In this document: positions 1-10,216 of the stretch, piece after piece | Layout: every line of letters begins with the position of its first letter | Position numbering within the stretch: position 1 is the first letter of the stretch | Origin: a virus | Reading direction: 5' to 3' (one strand) | Length of the DNA: 64,000 nt | Virus record (IMG/VR): IMGVR_UViG_3300026076_000002 | Made by a program: the position numbers and the translations under genes | Notes under the pieces: generated by a model | The model's input: only the letters and a program-made list of their open reading frames with translations | What the model was told of the DNA's origin: nothing | Database searches by the model: none

Positions 1-2
1 AT

Positions 3-2594
3 AAGATACCTGGACGTAAGACTTCTAGTGCTACTGCTAACTTTACATCAAGAGGAACTCTTGTTACAGAGACTACGATAGTAAGAACTGCACCACCCCC
101 ACCTCCACCACCAATTATTATAATAATAGAACCGCCAGCACCCCCCGATCCCCCACCTCCACCACCGCCACCAGAGCCTGAGATAGAGGATGATGATGAC
201 CCATTGGCACAGAGTTTCCAAGTAGAGGAACCTAATGGTATATTCATGACATCTGTTGACCTTTACTTCCAAAGTAAGGGTGCAACTGCTCCTGTGGAAT
301 TAAGGATAGTTACATTGGAAAATGGATATCCTACAAGGAAGATGATGAAGAATGCTTCTGTAACATTAGAACCTGAAGCAATTGAAGTATCAAATGATGC
401 GTCTGTATTAACAAACTTTAAGTTTCCTAATCCAATATACCTCCCTTCTGGTGAGTATGCATTTGTAGTCATCACAACAACTGATGAGTACAACTTGTGG
501 ATCTCTCAAGTTGGTGAAGAGGATATTAAGACAAGAAACCTACCTGAATTACAGAAGGTTATTATTGACAAGCAACCAACTCTAGGTTCTCTATTCAAGG
601 CACAGAATGCTTCCACATGGACTGCATCTCAACTTGAAGACCTTAAGTATACATCACATAAAGCGAAGTTCGTTACAGAAACTGCTGCTTTCAGATTGTA
701 TAACCCAGAACTTAGAACGTTCGCTGATAGAAATAGACTTAAGGAAAATCCAATTGATATCTTCTCTAAGAGGATAACTCTAGGTTTAACCTCATCTATA
801 ACATATGCTAACAACCCAGATATAGTTGTTGGTACACAAATCAAACAGGAGAATAGATCTTCTACTGGATTTGTTGAAAGAGTTAATGGTCCTATGGGAC
901 TACATGATACTGGTATCAATATCACTAAGGCTGGTATTGGATACTCAGCAGGTACTTACGGTAGTGTAAACTTCATTACTAAGACAGGTTCTGGTACTGG
1001 TGCTGTTGGTATAGTAACTGTTTCTGCTGGTGGTATAACCAAGGTATGTGTTACCAATTCTGGTACAGGATACAATGTTGGTGATACACTGACTGCTGAA
1101 TTAGGAACAACTGGTGCAAATTCTGTATTAACTGTTGGAGTAGTTACTGCTACTAACCAATTAGTTCTTGCTAATTGTGAAGGAGTTGACTTCAATAGTT
1201 CAGATCAGTTACAGTATGTTGTTGAATCAAGTGGTGCTACAAATACACTAACATCTATAGTTCCAGCAACAATCAATGTTAACTCAGATGAGTTTGATGG
1301 TAAGCACTTCAGGGTATCTCATGATAACCATGGTATGCATGCTGAAAACAATAGAGTTGAAATTATAGGTGTATCTGGTGATTCTATCCCAACTAAAATT
1401 ACTGCTGGTTATGCAGTAAGTTCTACTGATGCTATTGGTATTGGTAATTCTATGGGATTCAACTGGTTTGAAGGGGCACAAGTTGAACCAAGCAATCCAG
1501 GATTTGCAATCATTGGAGATGAAGTTTTAGCATATACTGGTGTTACTCTTAATACTTTAACAGGTATTACTACACGTGGTATTGATGGTACTATACCTAG
1601 AACATACAATTCTGATACTCCTATTCAGAAGTATGAGGCAGCAGGTATCTCACTAAGAAAGATTAATACCGAGCATTCATTTGCTAATGTCACAAATAAC
1701 ATTGTAGACAAGATTAATCTTGATTCTTATGTTCTGAAGATTGATGGAGATAAGACATTTGATACCAACTACAAAGGTGGTGGTACTGATGTACGTGCTT
1801 CTCAAAATATTCAGTATGATTCATTAACATCATTCTTAAATTATAGTGTACCAGATGCTACTGAGGTTTCAGGTCAGGTAAGGACAACTACTGCCACTAG
1901 CGTTAGTGGATCAGAAGGATCCTTTAATGATAATGGATATCAAGCAATTTCACTAAATGGTGAAACTGTATTCTCTAAACCACAGATGGTTGCATCTAGA
2001 GTTAATGAACTTGCTAAGTTAGAAGACCAGCCAGGTGCTAAGTCATTTACCTTAGAGGTATCATTATCAACCACAGATGAAAACGTATCACCTGTAGTCA
2101 ACGTATTTGAAAGTTACATTGCTACCAAGTCACATAGAGTTAATGCTCCTATTGCTGACTACACACTTGATAAGCGAGTTAATCTTGATGTAGATGATCC
2201 ACATGATTACAATTATGTGACCAAGACCATTACACTTGAAAACCCTGCTACATCACTGAAGGTATTGATGGGTGCATATAGACCACCTGATTCTGAAATC
2301 AGAGTTCTCTATAGGTTACAAAGAGTTGACGGATCTGAAATAGACAAGGTATTCTCACTCTTCCCTGGATATGATAACATGGATGTGAACGGTAAGATCA
2401 TTAGTGCTAAGAGCAATAGTGGATTACCAGATCGCAATATTTCTCCATCACTAACTAACCAATTCACGGAGTATGAGTGGAGTGTAAATGATCTACCACA
2501 ATTCAGTGGTTTCCAAGTTAAGGTAGAATGTATTTCTACTAATCAGGCAGATCCAATACAGGTCATAGACTTTAGAACGATAGCATTAGCATGA
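3..2594 (+). CDS. Large cyanophage baseplate/tail structural protein (VrlC/DUF4815-like), C-terminal part; 5' end lies outside the window
   Basis: The frame is open from position 3 (KIPGRKTSSATANF...), through a polyproline linker to DPLAQSF. It has GSLFKAQNASTW and EDLK motifs and ends FRTIALA, as in cyanomyovirus giant structural proteins. The 204 start in the ORF track is internal. Confidence 0.75.
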   Translation, partial: KIPGRKTSSATANFTSRGTLVTETTIVRTAPPPPPPPIIIIIEPPAPPDPPPPPPPPEPEIEDDDDPLAQSFQVEEPNGIFMTSVDLYFQSKGATAPVELRIVTLENGYPTRKMMKNASVTLEPEAIEVSNDASVLTNFKFPNPIYLPSGEYAFVVITTTDEYNLWISQVGEEDIKTRNLPELQKVIIDKQPTLGSLFKAQNASTWTASQLEDLKYTSHKAKFVTETAAFRLYNPELRTFADRNRLKENPIDIFSKRITLGLTSSITYANNPDIVVGTQIKQENRSSTGFVERVNGPMGLHDTGINITKAGIGYSAGTYGSVNFITKTGSGTGAVGIVTVSAGGITKVCVTNSGTGYNVGDTLTAELGTTGANSVLTVGVVTATNQLVLANCEGVDFNSSDQLQYVVESSGATNTLTSIVPATINVNSDEFDGKHFRVSHDNHGMHAENNRVEIIGVSGDSIPTKITAGYAVSSTDAIGIGNSMGFNWFEGAQVEPSNPGFAIIGDEVLAYTGVTLNTLTGITTRGIDGTIPRTYNSDTPIQKYEAAGISLRKINTEHSFANVTNNIVDKINLDSYVLKIDGDKTFDTNYKGGGTDVRASQNIQYDSLTSFLNYSVPDATEVSGQVRTTTATSVSGSEGSFNDNGYQAISLNGETVFSKPQMVASRVNELAKLEDQPGAKSFTLEVSLSTTDENVSPVVNVFESYIATKSHRVNAPIADYTLDKRVNLDVDDPHDYNYVTKTITLENPATSLKVLMGAYRPPDSEIRVLYRLQRVDGSEIDKVFSLFPGYDNMDVNGKIISAKSNSGLPDRNISPSLTNQFTEYEWSVNDLPQFSGFQVKVECISTNQADPIQVIDFRTIALA
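89..200 (+). repeat. C-rich low-complexity tract encoding a polyproline/acidic linker
   Basis: Translates as APPPPPPPIIIIIEPPAPPDPPPPPPPPEPEIEDDDD. Confidence 0.85.
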
Positions 2595-2785
2595 AGAAAC
2601 TGAAGGTTGCCGACTCAAAGTCCCTTTATAGGGACGATGAGACGGGGGCGATTATTAATAGTGACAAAGAAGGTTATGATAAGTATATGGCACAAAAAGT
2701 ATACAGAGAAGATCAGAAAGCAGAACTAGATAACCTTAGATCAGAACTAGATGAGTTGAAGAGACTGATAAATAAAATTACATAG
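2591..2785 (+). CDS. Small hypothetical protein with a coiled-coil C-terminus
   Basis: ATGA overlap with the upstream stop; LYRDDETGAIIN motif typical of the gene following the giant structural gene. Confidence 0.7.
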   Translation: MKKLKVADSKSLYRDDETGAIINSDKEGYDKYMAQKVYREDQKAELDNLRSELDELKRLINKIT

Positions 2786-2796
2786 GAAATAGTTTA

Positions 2797-3135
2797 GTGT
2801 CAGTTCCAGTAATTAACATAGTACTTGAACAGGGAACAGATTTTTCAAGGGTTTATAACTTGAAAAGATCTGATGGTAACCCATTGGATTTATCTAACTA
2901 TTCATTTGAAGCAAAGATGAAAAAGTGGCCTGGTGCTGCTGGTGCTATTTCATTTGCTACAACATACAATGCTGATCCATCTTTGGGTCAGATTACAATG
3001 TCATTAGATAATGCTTCTACTGGTATTATTACTTCTGGTAGATATAATTATGACATTGTGTTGAATAATCTTAACAATAACATCAAAACCAAAGTAATAA
3101 CAGGACAAGCAACTGTAAATTCTACGGTAACTTGA
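2797..3135 (+). CDS. Probable structural protein (beta-rich, baseplate/fibre-associated)
   Basis: NIVLEQGTDF...GRYNYDIVL pattern; late-promoter-like ATAAATA at 2768-2774. Confidence 0.6.
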   Translation: MSVPVINIVLEQGTDFSRVYNLKRSDGNPLDLSNYSFEAKMKKWPGAAGAISFATTYNADPSLGQITMSLDNASTGIITSGRYNYDIVLNNLNNNIKTKVITGQATVNSTVT

Positions 3136-3136
3136 A

Positions 3137-3511
3137 ATGGATGACATCGTTGTCACATCGGAAAATGGTAACGGATTCAACGTTACTAACGTTATCGTGG
3201 AAGATGATGGTGGAATTTCTGTTACTGTTGGTGCAGCAGGTGGTGGTGTTTCAGGAGTTGGTGACGTGCAAAAATTAACCGAACTACTAGATGTAGACTC
3301 AAGCAATTTGTCTACAAGCACTAACAAATTTGTCCTGACGTATGATTCAGGAGATAGTAAGTTTAAATTTATAAATCCAGATGACGTAATTGACAGTGCT
3401 GTTGGTATATCAACTACCGATCCAACACCTTCTGGACTAAGCGATGATACAATAGATTACCTAGATGACGTGTTAGATAATAAGATCGATCTTGATGCTG
3501 GAGAATGGTAA
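3137..3511 (+). CDS. Acidic fibre-associated hypothetical protein
   Basis: LTELLDVD motif and terminal LDAGEW (cf. IDGGSF ending of the next gene); tightly coupled to neighbours. Confidence 0.6.
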   Translation: MDDIVVTSENGNGFNVTNVIVEDDGGISVTVGAAGGGVSGVGDVQKLTELLDVDSSNLSTSTNKFVLTYDSGDSKFKFINPDDVIDSAVGISTTDPTPSGLSDDTIDYLDDVLDNKIDLDAGEW

Positions 3512-3521
3512 GCGTAATTTA

Positions 3522-3528
3522 CTAAATA
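3522..3528 (+). promoter_or_regulatory. Putative late (gp55-type) promoter CTAAATA
   Basis: Matches the [A/C]TAAATA motif found before most structural genes in the window. Confidence 0.5.
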
Positions 3529-3561
3529 TAAATGAAGAAATAATACCCTACTCTTATAAGA

Positions 3562-6500
3562 ATGGCTGCTCCAGTAATTCAATTTAAGAGAGGTCTGTTT
3601 GCCAACCTACCAGGACTCCGTGCAGGTGAGCCTGGTTTTACCACGGACAAATACGATCTCTATGTCGGAATAGACTCGACATCATCAAATAATAAATTTT
3701 TTGGATCTCATCGATATTGGACAAAGGAAGAGGCTGCTGCTGGTTCTGCTGTCAACCTTGTTGAAGGTTCTGGCAATGGATCTAACTACATCAGTTTAAA
3801 GTCTCCTGCAAGTCTAGCCGAGAATTTAACACTAACTTTTCCATCGACAATAACCACAGACGGATATCTGAAGGTTGCTGCTGATGGAACTTTAACATGG
3901 GACGACACCCTAGATGCAACCAGAGTTAACTCGGTTGGTGTAGGTACTGTCGCATTTTTACAATCAACTACAGTAAATGTCTCTTCAGCAGCTACCATTG
4001 GTGGTACTCTGACTGCAAGCGGAGGTGTAACTGGAGACCTTACTGGAGATGTCACTGGTGACGTAACTGGAGATGTCACTGGAGACCTTACTGGTGATGT
4101 AACAGGTAATGTAACTGGAAACCTAACAGGTAATGTAACCTCAACAGGTGACAATTCCTTTGGTCAGATTACATCAAACCAGATTAATAATTCTGGTATC
4201 GTTACAACTTCAGCAGTCCATTTGGGTACTGAAGGAAATGCGTTAAGATTAACTACAAGTACTATATCAGGTCCATCTACATTAACACTTGACCCTGCTG
4301 GTGTTGGAGATAACACAGGTACGGTTGTTATTGCTGGTGACCTTCAAGTTGATGGTACACAAACAATCGTTAACTCAACAACAGTTAACGTAACAGATAA
4401 GAACATTCAATTATCCACAGGTGCAGCAAACGATGCTGCTGCTGATGGTGCTGGTATTACTGCTGACTCTGGAGATGGTGATAAGACCTTCCAGTTTGAA
4501 GCAACTGGCGACAACTGGGGTTCATCTGAAAACATTAACCTTGCTTCAGGTAAGGTACTTAAAGTTGCTAACACAGAAATCCTTTCAGGAACTGCTTTAG
4601 CCGCTGCTGTTGATGTCTCACTAGAGTCACTTGATATTGACGGTGCTACCGCTATCGGTGCTGACCTAGAGAACGAAGACTTATTCATCGTTGATGATGG
4701 TGCTGGTGGTACTAACAGAAAGATTAGTGCTGAAGACATCAAGGATTACATGCTTGGTGGTGGTGCTGGTGCAAACTTTGCTGCAATAAACGTAAGTGGT
4801 ATTTCAACAGTTGCATTTACAAAGGCAACAACATTAACTGTTGGTGCTGGTGCAACAGTTACTGGAGCATTGGACGTAGATGGAGGTGCTAACATAGCAT
4901 CTGGTCTAACTGTTACTGGTGGTGCTACAGTAAACTCATTAGGAGTTACTGATTTAACATCTGGTAGAGTCGTACTAGCAGGTACATCAGGAGAATTAGA
5001 GGACAGTGGAAACCTAACATTTAGTTCTGGTACTCTTGCTGTTACTGGTGACGCAACAGTCAGCAATGACCTAACAGTTTCTGGTAACCTTGTAGTTGAT
5101 GGTACAACAACCACAATTAACAGTACTACTGTAAGTGTTGATGATAAGAACATTGAACTTGGTTCAACTGCTTCTCCTACAGATGCTTCTGCCGATGGTG
5201 GTGGTATAACTCTGAAGGGTACATCAGACAAGACATTTAACTGGGTAGATTCTACTGATGCTTGGACATCTTCAGAGAAGATGGATCTTGCTACTGGTAA
5301 GGACTACAACATTGGTGAAACATCAGTTCTTAATGCTACTACTCTTGGTTCAGGAGTTGTTAACTCTAGTTTAACTAGCGTTGGTACTCTTGGAAGTTTG
5401 ACTGTATCAGGTGGAATTACTGGAGACTTAACTGGTGACGTAACTGGTGATATCACTGGTTCTCTTGCTGGTGCTACTGCTGGAACTCTTCCACTTTCTG
5501 CTATCGACATAGATGGTGGTACTGATATCGGTGCTGACATCGTTGATGCTGATGAATTTATTGTAGATGATAGTGGTAACGGTACTAACAGAAAGGTAGA
5601 CGCTTCAAGGATAAAAGATTATGTCCTAGGTGGTGGAGACGGTGCTACTTTCACAGCAATCAATGTAACTGGTATCAGTACTGTTGCTTATGTTGATGCA
5701 ACACAACTTAAAGTATCTGGAATCACTACATTCAGTGGAGCAGTTAATGCTAACGGTGGTGCTACAGTCCAAGGTGGAGAACTAACTGCTTCTTCTGCAA
5801 CTGTTCAAGACTTAACAGACAACCGTGTTGTTATTGCTGGTACAGGTGGTGCTCTTGAAGACAGTGGAAATCTAACCTTTGATGGTTCGACTCTTGCTGT
5901 TACTGGTGCTCAGACATTAAGTGGAGATTTAACTGCTAGTTCAGACGTAAATGTAACTGGTGGATTAGATGTAGACGGTGCTACTACCTTAGACGGACTA
6001 ACCGTTGCTGAAGCTTCAACCTTCAATGCTGCTATAACAGCAAGTGGTGGAGTTGTTGGTGACGTAACTGGAGATCTAACTGGTGACGTAACTGGAGACG
6101 TGACTGGTGATCTTACTGGTAACGTGACTGGTAATGTAACTGGAGACGTAACTGGTGATGTAACTGGAGACCTCACTGGAGACGTAACAGGTTCAATTTC
6201 TGGAGGAACAGTTGCTGGTTCAACTGGTACATTCTCTGGTAATGTTTCAGGTAATCAGTTTGCTACTGGTGCTTCTGGTTCTGCTCTGATTGTTACATCA
6301 GACAGTATCACAGGTCCTGCAACATTCTATCTTGACCCTGCTGGAGTAGGTGATAACACAGGTAGAGTTATAATTAAGGGTGATTTACAGGTTGACGGTA
6401 CACAAACAATCGTTAACTCAACATCAGTTACTGTTGATGACCTCAACGTAATGCTTGCTGATGGTGCTGCTAATGATGCTGCTGCTAACGGTGGTGGTAT

Positions 6501-8301
6501 TACAGTTCAATCAGGTGACGGAAATAAGACATGGCAATATTCATCATCAGGCGATAACTTCACATCATCTGAGAACATTGACATTCAGTCAGGTAAAGTT
6601 CTTAAGATAGACAATACAGAAGTTCTAAGTGGTACTGAACTTTCTTCATCAATTACTGTTGATGCTGCTTCTGTTGATATTGACGGTGCTACCGATATCG
6701 GTGCTGACATCGTTGATGCTGATTTACTACTAATCGATGACGGTGCTGGTGGTACTAACAGAAAGACCACAGTTGCACGTGTTAAAGACTACGTATTAGG
6801 CGGTGGACAGGGTGCTAACTTCAGTGCCATTAACGTATCTGGAATGACAACATCCCAGAGTGTTGATGCTGAACAGTTAGACGTATCTGGTATATCATCA
6901 CTTGGTCAGGTTTCTGCTAACACAATTAATGTTACAGGAGTTGCTACTGCTTCTGACTTCAGAGCAGCAAGTATTAAGAAAGTTGACGGTGGATTAATTC
7001 CTCTAGTTGGTGTTTCTTCTGCTACTCACGCTGGTATTGTTACTGCATTTAAGTTCAACGGTACTGGACTTGAAAACTTTGTTGTTGAAGAAGAGATGGC
7101 AACCATCACCATTAGTGGTGTTGCTGCATCGACTTACACAACAAACCAGACAATAACTGCTGTACAGAACCAAACAACATTTACGTTCGGTGCTGGATAC
7201 ACAGACGGATTCGTTGATGTATACTTGAACGGTGTTCGCCTAGTTACAGGTACTGACTACACAGCATCAGATGGAGCAACAGTTGTTCTTGCATCTGGAT
7301 CAAATGCTGGTGATGAAGTTGAAATCGTATCATTTAAAGAACTTGGAGATCTAATCCATGTTCAATCAATTAAGACTGCTGGTGATCTTACAGTTTCAGG
7401 AATTGCTACTGCAACAGGATTCAGTGGTAACTTGACTGGTGTTGCTGTAACTGCAACAAACTTTACTGGTGATCTAACTGGTGACACAACTGGAACACAC
7501 ACGGGTAACGTAACTGGTGCTGTAACTGGTAACGTAACGGGTAACTTAACTGGTGACGTAACTGGAGACGTGACTGGTGATCTAACTGGTGACGTAACTG
7601 GAGACGTAACTGGTGATGTTACAGGTAACGTAACTGGTAACTTAACTGGTGACGTAACAGGATCTATCACAGACACAGGCGATTCTACAATCGCTTACCT
7701 TAACTCTACAACGGTTAATGTAGGTGCTGGTTTAACTGTAGGTGGTGCTCTTGATGTTAACGGTGGTTCTAGCATTACTGGTGGAGAAACAACCTTAAGT
7801 TCTGCTACTGTATCCGATTTAACTGCTGGAAGAGTTGTTATTGCTGGAACAAGTGGTGCTCTTGAAGATGACTCAACCTTAACATACTCAGGTGGTACTC
7901 TAAGTGCAACTAACCTGAATGTCTCTGGTAACCTCACAGTTGACGGCACAACAACTCAGATTAATACAACTAACACAACCATCGAGGACGTGTTACTTGA
8001 ACTTCAAGTTGTTGACGGTGGTGCTTTAGGTAGTGATACCAACAAGGACGTTGGTATTGTGATGAACTACTATGACGGATCTGCTAAGAAAGCAGCGATG
8101 TTCTGGGATGACTCTGCTGGACGCTTTGTGTTCGGTGATGAAGTCACTGAGACATCTGGAGTCATGAGTTCCATAAGTTACGCTGGTCTAGAAGTTGGTT
8201 CTCTATACTTAAATGACTGTGCTGGTGCTTCACAGGTTATCTCCTGTAGCGGTACTACACGATCACTTGAGAACATAACCATTGACGGTGGATCGTTCTA
8301 A
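3562..8301 (+). CDS. Long tail-fibre-like structural protein (1579 aa) with repeated modules
   Basis: N-terminal IQFKRG...GEPGFTTD; tandem G[DN][VL]T repeats; recurring VDGTxTxxN[ST]T modules; Gly/Thr/Asp/Val-rich. Confidence 0.8.
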   Translation: MAAPVIQFKRGLFANLPGLRAGEPGFTTDKYDLYVGIDSTSSNNKFFGSHRYWTKEEAAAGSAVNLVEGSGNGSNYISLKSPASLAENLTLTFPSTITTDGYLKVAADGTLTWDDTLDATRVNSVGVGTVAFLQSTTVNVSSAATIGGTLTASGGVTGDLTGDVTGDVTGDVTGDLTGDVTGNVTGNLTGNVTSTGDNSFGQITSNQINNSGIVTTSAVHLGTEGNALRLTTSTISGPSTLTLDPAGVGDNTGTVVIAGDLQVDGTQTIVNSTTVNVTDKNIQLSTGAANDAAADGAGITADSGDGDKTFQFEATGDNWGSSENINLASGKVLKVANTEILSGTALAAAVDVSLESLDIDGATAIGADLENEDLFIVDDGAGGTNRKISAEDIKDYMLGGGAGANFAAINVSGISTVAFTKATTLTVGAGATVTGALDVDGGANIASGLTVTGGATVNSLGVTDLTSGRVVLAGTSGELEDSGNLTFSSGTLAVTGDATVSNDLTVSGNLVVDGTTTTINSTTVSVDDKNIELGSTASPTDASADGGGITLKGTSDKTFNWVDSTDAWTSSEKMDLATGKDYNIGETSVLNATTLGSGVVNSSLTSVGTLGSLTVSGGITGDLTGDVTGDITGSLAGATAGTLPLSAIDIDGGTDIGADIVDADEFIVDDSGNGTNRKVDASRIKDYVLGGGDGATFTAINVTGISTVAYVDATQLKVSGITTFSGAVNANGGATVQGGELTASSATVQDLTDNRVVIAGTGGALEDSGNLTFDGSTLAVTGAQTLSGDLTASSDVNVTGGLDVDGATTLDGLTVAEASTFNAAITASGGVVGDVTGDLTGDVTGDVTGDLTGNVTGNVTGDVTGDVTGDLTGDVTGSISGGTVAGSTGTFSGNVSGNQFATGASGSALIVTSDSITGPATFYLDPAGVGDNTGRVIIKGDLQVDGTQTIVNSTSVTVDDLNVMLADGAANDAAANGGGITVQSGDGNKTWQYSSSGDNFTSSENIDIQSGKVLKIDNTEVLSGTELSSSITVDAASVDIDGATDIGADIVDADLLLIDDGAGGTNRKTTVARVKDYVLGGGQGANFSAINVSGMTTSQSVDAEQLDVSGISSLGQVSANTINVTGVATASDFRAASIKKVDGGLIPLVGVSSATHAGIVTAFKFNGTGLENFVVEEEMATITISGVAASTYTTNQTITAVQNQTTFTFGAGYTDGFVDVYLNGVRLVTGTDYTASDGATVVLASGSNAGDEVEIVSFKELGDLIHVQSIKTAGDLTVSGIATATGFSGNLTGVAVTATNFTGDLTGDTTGTHTGNVTGAVTGNVTGNLTGDVTGDVTGDLTGDVTGDVTGDVTGNVTGNLTGDVTGSITDTGDSTIAYLNSTTVNVGAGLTVGGALDVNGGSSITGGETTLSSATVSDLTAGRVVIAGTSGALEDDSTLTYSGGTLSATNLNVSGNLTVDGTTTQINTTNTTIEDVLLELQVVDGGALGSDTNKDVGIVMNYYDGSAKKAAMFWDDSAGRFVFGDEVTETSGVMSSISYAGLEVGSLYLNDCAGASQVISCSGTTRSLENITIDGGSF
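4024..4140 (+). repeat. Degenerate 12-bp coding tandem repeat (G[DN][VL]T)
   Basis: GVTGDLTGDVTGDVTGDVTGDLTGDVTGNVTGNLTGNVT. Confidence 0.85.
6058..6192 (+). repeat. Degenerate 12-bp coding tandem repeat (G[DN][VL]T)
   Basis: About 11 units of the ggtgacgtaact type. Confidence 0.85.
7468..7662 (+). repeat. Degenerate 12-bp coding tandem repeat (G[DN][VL]T)
   Basis: About 16 units, including variants GDTT, GTHT and GAVT. Confidence 0.85.
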
Positions 8302-8328
8302 AAGACGCTCATAAAACTCACATATATA

Positions 8329-8353
8329 AGGGGACTACACAGTCCCCTTTTTT
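8329..8353 (+). terminator. Rho-independent terminator
   Basis: AGGGGACT-acac-AGTCCCCT followed by a T run, after the fibre gene. Confidence 0.85.
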
Positions 8354-8356
8354 ATT

Positions 8357-8704
8357 ATGGATCCAGAAGTACAAGCATTATTAAACGTATATCAGAAACG
8401 TTTGAGTGATTCACAAGCACAGTCTATTGCATATGAAGCAAAGATAATGGTGTTGAATACTCAGATACAGCAGATGGGAGAAACAATAACTCAATTACAA
8501 TCAGCACCCCCACCCCCACCAGTACCAGCACCAGTTGCAGTAAGTAGGAGTCCTATTATGCAACCAGAACCTGAACCTACACCTGAACCACCAAAGGTTA
8601 AGGCAGTACCTGCATCTAAGGCAAAGAAAGCACCTAAGAGTAGGACGTTAAGAAATCAAAAACCTGCTGCGAAGAGTGCTGCTGCTAATGCTGGAGAATT
8701 TTAA
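8357..8704 (+). CDS. Hypothetical protein (coiled coil, Pro-rich linker, basic tail)
   Basis: ORF track; N-terminal heptad helix and PPPPP/EPEP linker. Confidence 0.65.
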   Translation: MDPEVQALLNVYQKRLSDSQAQSIAYEAKIMVLNTQIQQMGETITQLQSAPPPPPVPAPVAVSRSPIMQPEPEPTPEPPKVKAVPASKAKKAPKSRTLRNQKPAAKSAAANAGEF

Positions 8705-9446
8705 AGAAGAACAATTAATATTTTACGTAGCAATACCTGGCAGTGGTTGGTCAAAACTATCACTGCTACTATCTTGCTGTAAAAAATTAAATCTTAATAA
8801 TACTGACAGGTCTATAGAAAGACAGGAATGTGGTAAGAATGGAGTACCTGAAATAATACATCATAAAGGTGCTTACTGGGATCCTATGATGGAGTTTGGT
8901 GATGGGTTTGATGATATTGGTAAGAACTATACTAAGCAAGAGTTTATAGAGGAATGCTTAAAACCATTTAAAGAACATGATGATAGGAACTATCTTATCA
9001 GATCTCATTTCTTTGCCGAGACTCATAACCTTAATTGGTTAACAGAGAACTTCCCTAACAATAAGATTATATGTGTTCTTAGAGAAAGGCAGTTAAGTTT
9101 AGAAGGTTGGTATTCTGGTATGACCTTTACTGGCAACTATCCTCAGTACAAAGCATGGATGGAATGGGAGCATAGACATGATGATGACCACCCATCACAT
9201 AAAAAGAAACTATGGTCTTTGATACAAAGACATGATAAGATGTTAAGGCAATGGGTATTGGAAAATGATAGTAGGGTATATGTAATAAATCCTAATAGAA
9301 GATTCTTAAATGATCTAGACTATTCTTGGGATAGAGAAGGCATAGAAGAATATAATAAACTGATGCTAATACACCAGTTTTATAAATGTGATTATCCACA
9401 TTACGATTCACCTTTTGTATTATACAACTGTAACGACTTATGGTAA
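8688..9446 (+). CDS. Sulfotransferase-like P-loop protein (paralog A)
   Basis: IFYVAIPGSGWS loop after the first beta-strand; later IRSH and VLR motifs; ATG at 8688. Confidence 0.5.
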   Translation: MLENFKEEQLIFYVAIPGSGWSKLSLLLSCCKKLNLNNTDRSIERQECGKNGVPEIIHHKGAYWDPMMEFGDGFDDIGKNYTKQEFIEECLKPFKEHDDRNYLIRSHFFAETHNLNWLTENFPNNKIICVLRERQLSLEGWYSGMTFTGNYPQYKAWMEWEHRHDDDHPSHKKKLWSLIQRHDKMLRQWVLENDSRVYVINPNRRFLNDLDYSWDREGIEEYNKLMLIHQFYKCDYPHYDSPFVLYNCNDLW

Positions 9447-10216
9447 GAGATGAGCAATTAGTATTCTTTCTTGGTATACCAGGATCAGGATGGGCAAAGA
9501 TAGACTCTTTGTTGAGGTGTTGTAGTAACTTTAAATTTAATATGTCTGACTACAACGAAGATCGTTGTATGAAGCATGAAGGAAGATATTACGTTGAACA
9601 TAAGGGTCATTTCATAGGACCTGGTATGACATATGGTGAGAAGTTTGATGATATACCTGAGAATTATACTAAGGAAGAGTTTATACAAGAATGTATTAGA
9701 CCGTATGAGGATATTAATGATAATGATAACTATATGATTAAGTGTCACTGGTTCTGTGAGGAACATAATATACGTTGGTTGTTTAAACATTTTCCCAATA
9801 ATAAGTACATATGTGTACTAAGGGATAGAGACCTCTGTGATGACCGTTGGCTGACCTCTATGACGTTTGATAAGGATTACCCTAGATATACTGCTTGGAT
9901 GGTTAAGGACGATCCTGACGAGTCTGCTGGTGTAGGTAATCACTGTAAGGAGAATGAAGATAACTTTAAAGAGATAAACCATAGACACAATGTACAGTTA
10001 AGAGCGTTTGTAAGACGTACAAAGAACTCTGTTATTATATCTCCTACTAGGTTTACTTTAGGTAAGATGGGGTTTGTGTGGGATCAGAATGGTGAGTTTG
10101 AATACACTGCATATATAAGAAACTACTGCGTAGATTATTCAATTTATACCAGATCCCCCAGTTGGGATACTGCTATTGCATTTATTAATTGTGAGGATGA
10201 AATTGGTTATGGATAA
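9440..10216 (+). CDS. Sulfotransferase-like P-loop protein (paralog B)
   Basis: FFLGIPGSGWA; clear paralog of 8688-9446 (HKG, NYTKxEFIxEC, FPNNKxICVLR shared). Confidence 0.5.
   Translation: MVRDEQLVFFLGIPGSGWAKIDSLLRCCSNFKFNMSDYNEDRCMKHEGRYYVEHKGHFIGPGMTYGEKFDDIPENYTKEEFIQECIRPYEDINDNDNYMIKCHWFCEEHNIRWLFKHFPNNKYICVLRDRDLCDDRWLTSMTFDKDYPRYTAWMVKDDPDESAGVGNHCKENEDNFKEINHRHNVQLRAFVRRTKNSVIISPTRFTLGKMGFVWDQNGEFEYTAYIRNYCVDYSIYTRSPSWDTAIAFINCEDEIGYG

Noticed and set aside
48-272. Trp/Arg-rich minus-strand ORF
   Set aside because: Reverse complement of the polyproline CCA tract.
4024-7662. Tandem repeats as a possible CRISPR array
   Set aside because: The 12-bp units are contiguous, in frame, vary mainly at synonymous or conservative positions and have no unique spacers.
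3786-7949. Minus-strand ORFs with SPVTSPV repeats
   Set aside because: Antisense shadows of the fibre gene's G[DN][VL]T codons; no independent start signals.
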